Shown here: positions 47,791 through 58,702 of the stretch, one piece after another
How the letters are laid out: each line of letters begins with the position of its first letter
How positions within the stretch are numbered: position 1 is the stretch's first letter
NCBI GenBank assembly: GCA_016748015.1
Contig: JAAOMT010000460.1
Span: 149,957-213,956 of the forward strand
Direction: 5' to 3'
Source: Geosiphon pyriformis uo1
Taxonomy: Eukaryota > Fungi > Glomeromycota
Length of the DNA stretch: 64,000 nucleotides
Made by a program: the position numbers and the translations under genes
Notes under the pieces: model-generated
Seen by the model: only the letters and a program-made list of their open reading frames with translations
Database searches by the model: none
Told to the model about the DNA's origin: nothing

Positions 47791-49945
47791 AAATAAAAAG
47801 AAATAAAAAAAGCTATTTTTTTAAAAACTTTATGTTCTTGTCATAACCAGAAGATTAACAAAAGAAAGAGTTTTTTTTTTAAATTGTAAATATTATAAAT
47901 AATTTGTAAATATTGGTAAAAAAAACATTTGTGTTATTTAAGTAAACAATTATAAATTACTATAAAATTTTTAAGAAAATTATATTTATTAGTTTTTAAA
48001 ATATTATAAAAATATTAATTAGTTTAAATAATATTATATTGAATTTATAATTGCTATTTTGTATAATAAATATTGTTTTATATTTGTTTTTTGAATTTAT
48101 TGGTATTTATTGATATTTATTAATCAAATTAAATATAAAAACTATTTTGCTTTTTTAAAAATAATAAAAAATTTTTTTATTTTTTTTTTTATTAATACAA
48201 TTAGTAAGAACTAAATATTGAATTATTTTATTTTTTAATATTTTTTAAACTTTTTTTAAATAAAATTATATTTTATAAACAGAATATAATAAGTATACTA
48301 TTTTTAATTTTTGTATTTTTAGTAATAATTTGATATTAAACCAAGTTGATTTGGTCAAATTTATTATTTTACAAAAATATATTAAAATATTTAAAATTAA
48401 TGTTTTTAATTAATATTGTTAATCAAAATTCATTGTTTTAAAATTTAATTTAATCAATTTTTTAAATATAAGTTAATAATATTTAATAGTAATTGCCAAT
48501 TTATTAATGTAATTTTACAATAAAATATAATTTTTGAAAAGTTTAAAATTTTTTGTAATATTATCATATTTTTTAACTCTATTTTAAGATATTTAATAAT
48601 AATATTTTCTATAAATAAATTTTTAAATAAAGCTTAAATATTAATTTTTTATTTTTTATTTTTTGATAATTTTATTTAACTTTTTTGTTATTTTAATTGT
48701 AATCAAATTTTAAAAAATTTTTAAAAAAAATAAGTTGTGATTTAAAAAAATAATATTATAAAAATTAAATATATCATTTTTTATAACTTAACAAGCTTAA
48801 TTATTAGTCTATCAAGCTTTAATTAAATTCTTAAGAATTTTCACTTTTTTTACTATTATGTAAACAAAATTTTATAGAATTTTGTATAATTATTAAACCA
48901 ACACCAATTTTATCAAAAATTATAAAATACTAAAAAAATCTATTTTATATGGCAAAAATAATTTGAATTTATTGATTTATCTTTGTTTATAATCATTTAA
49001 TCTTTGCCCCGAATCTAAGTCAATTTTTGAATGCGTATATTCTAAATTCAACATGCCTGCGAATTTCTTGACCTTTATTTATTTTTGAAATAGTAAGATT
49101 TAAGATTTAAAAAAGGAAACTTTCATTCATCCAGGTCAGAACTGATTTTTGGTCAATTGCAATCTCAGAGATATGTGATGAATAATCTAGGTGACTCGGA
49201 TTGAGGGCTCCCAAGTTCGTTTGTAAAATGATCTTATACAATAGAGGCCCTTACCTGCATCCTCTCTACCAATGATTAGTCCAAAGCAGCGTCCAATTTA
49301 TATTGTTCCACAATTTTCATTTTTCTCCATCACCCGTAGCTAATTTTCTCGGTGAAATAACAAAACATCAGAACACATTTCGTTTTAAAATCCAAACTCA
49401 TTAAAAGTTAATAGACCCGTGTTATTGGGCGTAATTGTTCGAAGCTTGTCTAAAAGTCACCCTTCTAATTCGAGGAAAAAGTTGACGTCAGCACAATCTC
49501 CTGATAAATCAAGAATAATTTTGAAATCATACTTTAATATCCCTATTAGCAAGCTGGACTAGTTTGACCTGAGGTTGAGAATGAAAATGGGGAATGATGA
49601 TTCAGTAGCAAATAGCCCATGACAAGAAATATCCGTTGGTCTAATATACTCCATGCCCAAACAATGATAAAGTACTTATTATATACTACCGCTTTGGCGT
49701 AGAACAAACCTTACGCTAAAAATGAGTTGACCGAAATAGGTATTGGGTTTTCCAATAAAACGGACAGGATAAGATAGCGTTTGTCCTTTTGATTTAATTC
49801 TTTGATCAATTTTCAATTTATAAATCCGAGATGCCTTGTCAAAAGCAAACGGAAGCCTAAAACCGAATTCCAAATAACTTAGGGACAACTACGTACTCAC
49901 CAATAATAAATTCTACAATTAATAGACAACTTTTTCCACTTAGTC

Positions 49946-52851
49946 TTAGAACTTGAACTCTTTGTATTTCTTTTGACTAGAGCCACCTCCTGCCCCTGCA
50001 TCCCGGGCAGCAGCTTTTGCGTCTGCAAGTTTTTGCCTTTTCTTGGCCTGCTTGTTAGCATGCTCGGCCACCATGTCAGAGAAATCTTCATGTGCACCTT
50101 CGGGTTGGTGCTCCTACAGACAATTTTAAGTAAGAATGATGAATAGCTTTAAACATGGAAAAGAAGAGTAATTCACACCTGCTGAGCTTCTTCAAATTTC
50201 GCCCTTAGAGTTTCTTCATCGAGGTTAGCCATTTCAGAAGGATCCAAGGCCACATCTACACCAGTCCCTAATCCCTTACGCTTTTTTTATTATTTGTATT
50301 CGGGTTAATAATAACATTAAAGAAGTTCGATCTCAAACAATCTCCTATGAAATCTTTTAAACTACCTTTATTCCCTTTGTTGTAACTCCAGTGGCTGAGA
50401 GATCATATACGTGTTGGGATCCCATGAATCCTGAAACGGCTGATTCTTTCTGTGGCAAAACTGTGAAAAGCGATTTCGGTTCATCATCTTCTCTATAAAT
50501 TGGTACGATAAAGATTAGATAATAATACCAAGCCAATTTTTAATCGAAAATTATTTACCTTTGGTATTTTCGTAATTCAATAAAACTAGGCGTTTGCAAG
50601 CCACTTTCGAGAGAAGGAATTCCAGTAGGTGGTGGTGGTGGGGCATTTTGGTATTTTCTTAATTCAATGTATGCAGGTGTTTCAAGCCCATTGGCAACGC
50701 TAGCCATTCCGCTAGGAGTGATAAGTCCTTCCTGCAAGAGCCTAGATGTAGTCGTATCTGGCTCTTCAGGTTCTTCCTCCTCTTGCTCTTCTTCTTCTTC
50801 CTCTGATTCTAAATAAGAAGTAATTGGTTAATGAGAAATTTGTAATCCAAATTAAACTATAATATAAGAGCTTACCTTCCTCCTCAGGTTCCATTTCACC
50901 CCATAAAGTGCGTTCAATTGGCTGTACCATCTTGAGAATAAGCAAGAAAACATATATTTAGCAAATATTGAGTTGAGAAAATCAAGGAGTTAATAATGAT
51001 ACCTCTGATGGGATCTCCTGTTGATAGGTCCCAAAAACATCACCATACAAAGGCCGATTATACTAAATTCCACCAGTATAAGTTAAAATTATGAATGAGC
51101 AATACCGATTTGCAACCTAATAAAAAGGATCATACCTCGTCAACAGGAGGTTTTCCCCAGCCACCAGGATGGAATCCCCATTGGGCACTAATATTTAAAA
51201 TTGAAAAGTTAGATTTCTTATCTGGAAATCATTAAAAATTAAGAAATGTACTTGAAAAAACTGTTACCCTTCTGGTATTGGAGCATTCAATCCAGGAATT
51301 TTTAAATTAGGATAACTTGGTGGAGGCCCATAACGTTGCATAGCAATTAACCAGGGGGGGGGAGCAAGAGGAGGCATGTTTAAAGCTGCCTTCAATTCTT
51401 CTGAGAGCTGACCAGGCTTTTTTTCTTTGAGCTTAGTTTCAAATTCTTTGCCTTCATAATAACTTGAAAATCAAAGAGATAATTAATATGTCTGATAAAA
51501 TTCAAATTCCACACACATTATATAAAACTTACAGCTCCCCGTGGATTGTAAGTTTTGGCTTTGCCTGAAATCTGAAAAATGCATCGTGTAACCTTTGGTA
51601 ATCTATGTCCAATTTACCCATTTTTGGCTGAACACGCTCCCGTGTTTTTTGTTTCAATTTGGCTGCATCTTCTTTTTCTTTTACCGCTTCACGCATTTCC
51701 ATTATACCAGTATCCTTGATAAATTCTAGGTTAATAATATACATTCAGTTAAAATCTGAATATGCGTAGATTAAAAAAGAATGAATCACATAGGGAAATA
51801 AATGCTAAGAATACCTGGTAGTTCAAAGGCAGGTTTTTCGATCCCCCTTTTTCCTTGCAAATATTTTCGCTTTTGACACCAGTGCTGGGGTACAGGAACT
51901 GTATTTCTATAAGCTTTAAGACTCACTAGTAATTTAGGATCAGCTGCAGTGACATCCACCCACTAATTGATGTAAGAGTTACATTTTTAACTAAAACAGT
52001 TATCGTAAATTCTTTCTATTTCTAGGCCCACCAAATAGAGCTTACCTCAACAACTTCAGGTCTTTTTACAAGTTGTTTTAATTGAGCTACACTCAACCGA
52101 TTCAATTTTCTCAGTTTCTTTTTGGAAACTTTATCTTTAGTGTCATCGTCCGAATCGAGTTCGTGCTCATCATCTGAATCTATTGGTCGAGAATCATTTT
52201 GAAATTTAGAGCTTTCAAGTGACTCTTCTTCATTTGTTTCCGCCTGGCCCTAGAAGGACGGAGAAAACATCATGACAAGGAAGATCTTTAATTCAAGACT
52301 TCAAAAAACCCTAGGATTGCTTGAGTGTACAATACCTCAGATTCGATTTTTTGGACCTGAAAATAGGCAAAAACCTTTGAGAATTCTACTAAGTATGGGT
52401 CGTTAGATTGATCTAACGGTGGTAATACGTACTCAATTTCTACATCTTCATTATCATCGTCGTTCTGCAAATTCTTGATTAAGAAATAAGGGCAATGAAG
52501 CCAGCGGATAATTGGGTCGTTTAAGCGACCATGTCAGGTGTAGAGAAAAGGAAGACAGCCAAAAAATATCCAGGGAGTAAGCCATACTTATAAAACTCAT
52601 TTTGAGCAGTTATTTTAAGTAAAGAAAATAAGCAATAAGTCTCTCACCTTTTGTGAAGTAGTTTCGATTTTGATGAAGGAATCTATTCCCCCCTCTTGTT
52701 TCTTTTTCTTCTTTCTGCGTTTACTCTTCGTAGGTAGTTCTGTCTTCAAGACAGTTTTGCCGTTTTGCGGGGCATCGCCGTTCAAAGAATTGTTTGCAGA
52801 TTTAGAAACATTTGATACGTTTTGAGATTTTAGCTTGGACTCGACAGCCAT
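49946..52851 (-). CDS. SF3B2: Splicing factor 3B subunit 2 (SAP145/Cus1), multi-exon
   Basis: KKKLRKLNRLSVAQLKQLVKRPEVVEWVDVTAADP, VPVPQHWCQKRKYLQGKRGIEKP, QPKMGKLDIDYQRLHDAFF, PSP region PPWLIAMQRYGPPPSYPNLKIPGLNAPIP, WGFHPGGWGKPPVDE, EDFSDMVAEH, ending KKYKEFKF*. GT-AG introns. Confidence 0.97.
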
Positions 52852-53299
52852 TTAGTAGAAGTTAGTGTAATACTATGGATTGTAGTATTATGTAGGACCT
52901 TGAAAGACTAAGAAATCCTTGTTTATTATTTATCCGCCAAATAAAACCACCTGATCTGAGATTACCATTTGCCTATTTATTAAAGTCAAAGCTTTTGGTT
53001 ATAAATAATATAAATTTCATTTATTTAAAAAAATTTTATTAAAACAAGAAAGTTGCAAATATTATTTTCTCTATAGTAACTAATAAAGTTTTAACATGAA
53101 AAGTTTTTTTTGTTATAAAAAAAGCTAAACAAAATATTTTAATAATATAAAATTATTTTTATTTATTTTTAAAGTATTTTTTTTTTGAAGTTCTTTTCAA
53201 AAAACATATTAAAATTAGTTTTAATATTATTTTTATTTTCTTTAAAAGCTTTAAGGTTTTTAATAGTTAATATAGTATAAATTACTTAATTATATTATT

Positions 53300-55050
53300 A
53301 TACTATTTATAAATAAATAATTTAATTATTTATTATGTAAAACATTGACCAAAATTAGCAAAAAAAATAAGATTTATTTATATTAGCAATATTATTAACA
53401 TATAAAACATTAAAACAAAACTTTATACAATTTATATTATTTAAATTAGTTTATAAAAGAAAAATTATATTATTAATTAAACTTATTATTTCAATATATT
53501 TAAATAAAACTATTATTAAAACAATATTTTATATTATTAAAAAAAACATATAAATTAATAAAAACATTAGAAAACAAGAAAAAAAGCAGCTTAAAATATT
53601 AAAAAATTACAAAAACAATAAAAAATATAATATAATAATTAATTATTAAATAATATAATTAATTATAAAATTAAAGACAAAGTTTTATTGTATTATATTA
53701 AAGTTAAAAAACAATAAAATAAAAGATTTAATTACAAAATAGACTATTTTACATTTATAAAACACTTGAAAATAAATCATATAAGTTAAAATTAGATAAA
53801 AAAATATTAAAAAAAACTATATATATTAATCAACTAAAATTAAATTATAATAAATCAATAATAATAACACAAATATTTCAAATAATAATAATGTTATTAT
53901 TAGATTAGATTTTATAAAATTTAAAACTAATAATTTTAATTTAAAAAATAATTAATGTTAAAATACACTAAAAATAATTTTTGTAAGCATAAAAACTTTA
54001 TACAAAAAATTTAAAACAGTAATTAAAAATTAAAACAATAATATATATTCTAAAAAATATTAACAATATAACTTAATAACTATTTAAAAACTTATAATAA
54101 TCTAATTTAAATTTAAAAATTATAATTAATAATTTTAAAATAACATAAATAAAAAAAACTAATAAAAAATTTTAATACAAAAAAAAACAATTTAAAGTTA
54201 TATATTAGTATTTTTAAATACAATAAACAATTTATCAATAAAATTATCAAAAACTTTAAAAATAATATTAAATATTAATAATAGAAAAAATAAAAAAAAA
54301 TAAAATTAATACTAAATATATTTAAAAACAAAATTTTAAATTAATTATTATTATTATTAACTTAAAAAACACTTGAATATACAAATATTATATTTAAAAA
54401 ACTTAATTAAAGTATTTAACAAAACAACAATATACTAATTAGAAAGTTTTATTGAAAAAAACAATAATATATTTTATTTAAAGTAATTTATAAAATCTTT
54501 AAAGCATTTGAAAACTGTTACAAAATATTATTAAATCTAACTATAATCATAATAATTATTTATAATATTAAACAACTAACCAATTTATAGTTTTAAAATT
54601 GCAATAATAAGTTAATAATACAATATTATATTATTAGAATTTAATAAAAAAATTAATTTTAATTTTAATAAAACTTGATTTTGAAAAAAAATATATTATT
54701 ATAATTTAAAAATTTAGTAAAAATTATAAAATAACACAGTAATATTTTAGAAAAATAATAATTAACATAACAATAATTATTAAATAGTATTAATAACAGA
54801 TATAATCTTATAATAACAATAAATATTATAATATAATAATAGTAAATACTATATTAAAATATCAAAATAAAGTATTATAATATGTTTTTTATAAAACTAT
54901 AAATGTATATATACAGTATTTTTAATATTAAAAAATTATTTTTTCTATTAATTATTTTCTAATATTATAATTCTTATTATTAATTATTTACATTAATTAT
55001 CTTTTAATATTTATTTTCAAAATAAATATTTAAAAAAAATAAAATTAAAA
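53300..55050 (+). mobile_element. Extremely decayed 3' portion of a Gypsy element (integrase C-terminus, extra ORF, PPT, LTR start)
   Basis: KTLENKSYKLKLDKKILKKTIYINQLKL (~53760-53840) matches the integrase C-terminus of C at ~44550-44640. Extra-ORF relic VIYKIFKAF (~54485). AATTTTAATAAAACTTGATTTTGAAAAAAAA resembles the pre-PPT/PPT segments of B and C. Confidence 0.55.
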
Positions 55051-55149
55051 ACTAAATTAGCACAATAAAAATATTAAAAAACTTATTTGTATTATTTATA
55101 AAATAAAATTATTATTCATTAATTAAATTTTTTAAAAGAATTATTTTTA

Positions 55150-56785
55150 ATTAAAATTATTTTTATTATTATTTATTATTTTATTAAAATATTTAAATTA
55201 TTATTCAATTAATAATTTAATTTGTACAAAACACAAATATAATTAATTATAATAATCAAATTATATAATATTTTGAACTATATAATATTTAAAAATTTAA
55301 CAATTTACATAAATAATTGATAGTTTACAAAATTAATTTGTAATTTAACAAAATATGTTTTTAGTTTACCAAAATATTAAAAAAAAAGTATTTAGATTAT
55401 AAAATAATATTATAATAAATTATATAAAAAAAAATATTTTTTTTAAGAAAATATATCTTAATTAAAGAAATAAACTTTGGTATATAAAGCTGTTTGTCAT
55501 GCACAGTGGGAGGTGGAACCTGGCCATGATGTGATTCCTGGTGTGCTGATTGAGGCTGTGGATTGGGATGCTACTGTTAGGGTGTGGTATTCCAATTCAC
55601 ATATGCTTGCTGGTTTTACTAGTCAGAGGTCTTCCTGTCTTCGCACATATCTGATGAAGGCTGTGCACTGACAGCTTCCTGTGGTGGTTAGGAAACGTTT
55701 GTATAATAAATTGTACCCTAGTGTGCTGTGCTTATTGTGTTATGAGGTGGAGTTACCTGACCATGTTTTCACGTGTTTTCATGATATAGAGGTTCACAAA
55801 AAGGTTTTGGTCACAGTGTGTTCGGACTGACTATCTGTGGTCAGTTCTTGTGGCTCATCATCCTCTGCTGTTTTGCAATCTCTTGGTCAGTGTTCTTTGG
55901 ATGTTAGTTTGTATTCGGTTCTGTGTAAAAGATTTGTGCTGACAGAGTGATGTGAAGAGGTGGTGGAGATTTTGGATGATAAGAAGGAGGCTGTCAATGC
56001 TGTGATTGGTTTTGTTGGGCATTTGGTTGAGCTACATCACTCTAAAGTCTGGTTGGTGAGGTCAGTGTTTAGGATAAGAATAGAAAAGGCTGGTCTGGTT
56101 GGGGATGATAGTTTGTTTTCTGGTTTGTTTTGTTGCTTGAGTTCTTTGTTGCCCGATAAGGTGGTGAGGATGCTTGGCGTTGCTGGCTCTTTTGCTGTTA
56201 AGTTTGGTCATCGCAGATCTTACCTTTTTTTCTCTGGTTTGGATAGTAGTCCTAATGTTAATATAGGTGTGTAGTGTTGTCTTGTCTGGCCTGAGTGGCT
56301 AGCCACATATAGAAAGTATGTGAACTGCATTTAGTTTGAGCCTCTTAGTTTGGTTTTATGTACTAAATAGCAGTTGGGCTATACTCATTAAACTTATTAA
56401 TAAAAAAATAAAAAAAACTTTGGTTTAAAAAATTATTACAAATTTAAATTTTTAATTATTATATTTATTTAATTATTTTTATTCTTATATTATTAAATAA
56501 TCTATAGTTAAAATTTTTTATAAAAATATTGATTTTTACAACAAAATAATTACATACTATTAAAAAGCTTACAAATAAAAAATTTAAATTTTTATTGTAA
56601 AATAATTAAAAAATAGTTGATATAGAATTAAATATTTTATTATAAATCTAATAGAATACATAATTTAAAGTATAAAAAAATAGGTTGAAAAATAAATTAA
56701 CTTATTAGAAGTTTATTATTAATACCAGAATTAACAACAAAATATTATTAAAAACAGCAAAAAAAACAAAAAATCTTTAATAATA
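55150..56785 (+). repeat. Decayed family-C-like LTR interrupted by a 5'-truncated LINE
   Basis: 55200-55460 and 56425-56785 align with LTR C copies (e.g. AATTAATAATTTAATTTGTAC and TTGAAAATAAATTAACTTATTAGAA). Confidence 0.65.
55482..56414 (+). mobile_element. 5'-truncated LINE insertion (ORF2 C-terminus, 3' UTR, poly(A))
   Basis: TSD AAACTTTGGT (55472-55481 / 56415-56424). RTYLMKAVH*QLPV...YPSVLCLLCYEVELPDHVFTC is the C-terminal CCHC of LINE ORF2. Stop at 56274, then AATAAA and an A-tract. Confidence 0.9.
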
Positions 56786-56949
56786 CTGATTTTAAATATT
56801 AATAATATTAAGTTATTTATTAATTCTATTATAAAAAATTAAACTAAAAAACATATTAAAAATTAAACTTTTTTCTCTTTTACATACTAAATTTACAGAA
56901 AAAATATATTTTTTGAAATTATTTAGTATAATAAATTCAAACTATTTTT

Positions 56950-58702
56950 GCTCAATTACAAGGCCATTATTGGCTTTAATATTACTGTCATAAAAAAGAC
57001 TATTAAAAAATCTGGCACTAGGGTGGTTGTCAAACCTATTTTTTCTAGAAAAAAAAAAAAAATAATGTTTTAGAAAATAATATTAACAACAGAGAGATTT
57101 CTGTTAAAGAATTGAATAGTTGTTTATAAGGTTCAAAAACTGGTAACACTATTAAATTTGATAGTATTAACATAAAAAAAAAGTGTTTGATTAAAAAAAC
57201 CAGTATTAACTATAATAAAAGAAATGTTTTTGTTAAAAAAAATTTGGATTAAACACCAAAAGATTTAAGAGTAAAGACCAAGAAAGCCTTAGAAAAGCCA
57301 TTGGAGAAAATTAATTTTTTGAATAATGATGATAATGTCTTATTAGATTTTTTCTTAGTGCTTTTCTCTTCTTAAAATTTTGGAATGTTTTTGTCAAAAA
57401 ACCTCTTATTCTAGATATTGGATTAAATAAAATTACTAATAAAATGTCTTAGGAGAAATATGCAGTAGTTAAAAAACTATTTTTAGATATCAATAGTTTT
57501 GAAAAGCATCTACTCTCTTAAGATTTGCTGGAATTATTAGAATAATGTTTATTTCTGAATCAAGTTTAGAACAAACTACTAATAAAACTAAAAGTACAAA
57601 GATTTTAATAAACACTAATCTCAAGAAATCTACTAAACATTCAGATTAGACTGTAATGATAAAAAAAATTCTAATTAATATATTAGCTAAGACTGTGTGT
57701 GTTGTATTATTTGAGTTTGGAATAATTAAGTTAATCAAAAAACAATTGGTAGACATATAGCAAAAAACTGTGATAGAATTTAAACAAATAAAACATGCTA
57801 ATTTGGTTACAATAAAATAATCTATTCTGATTGAAAAAAATGCTGTATATATGGCAAGAGCTAATAAAAACAAAAGTTTATAAAATACAAAAAACTGAAA
57901 TAGAGCACTACTCTATATATTGCCAATAGAAATAAATGCTTACAATATCTGGAATTTTATTGAATTAGTTAGTAAAAAAACATGTGTTATTAATCAATAT
58001 TTAGTTATATACACTTAATTCAGATATGTTGTTGTTTGCTTTGAGTCTGCTGAGTTACTTAATATTGTTATAGAAATCATGTTAGTACTAAAAAACACTA
58101 ATCTGTATTGGTTTTATCTAAGTTCAGCCAAGTATGCAAAGTGTAAAAAATAGATCATATGTTATTAAGCTGTTTTATAAGTGGAAATTTTTTTTTGGTG
58201 GTTTTCTTTTTAAGATATTGTTAGACACAGATAAAAGCAAATTGACAACTATCTATGCCAAATGTTCAGCTTCTATTATTTATTCAGTTGCTTTTGGTAA
58301 TGTCTTTTGGACAAAAATTGTTAGTGGATTTTTTCTTCTTTTTTCTGTACATAATAGTTTATCAAATTATGGCTTTTCTTTAAAGCTAAAACATATTCTA
58401 TCAGTTTTTGTAAAAATGAATAGTAAGTTTGTTGTTCTTAAATACAGTCTTGTCAGCTTTGTAAAGCAAATTGATAAGCTAACTAAAAAATTGAACACAC
58501 TTGAACCAATGGTTTCCTAATCTAGTCCTAAATATTAACTGTTAATAACTCTTTTGTCACAAAATCAAGGAGTAGATATAATGATAAGTAAGGGTTTAAG
58601 TATGGCTACTAGTGATAAAACTGTTATAAAAGTGGTGGTTTTAAATCTGTTAGTTGTTTCAAAATTGGAAAAGAACATAAACAATTTGTTAGAAATAATC
58701 AT
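56950..58702 (+). mobile_element. Decayed LINE ORF1 (RRM and zinc-knuckle relic), interrupted at 58703 by a Gypsy C LTR
   Basis: RALLYILPIEINAYNIWNFIELVSKKTCVI (~57900-57990) and AKYAKCKK*IIC resemble the ORF1 segments at ~31500 and ~33600. Confidence 0.7.

Noticed and set aside
56280-56325. CTGA...GAAA in the LINE tails as a hammerhead ribozyme
   Set aside because: The CUGANGA core is absent (CTGAGTGG, CTGAATGG), and those bases form the loop of a simple hairpin.
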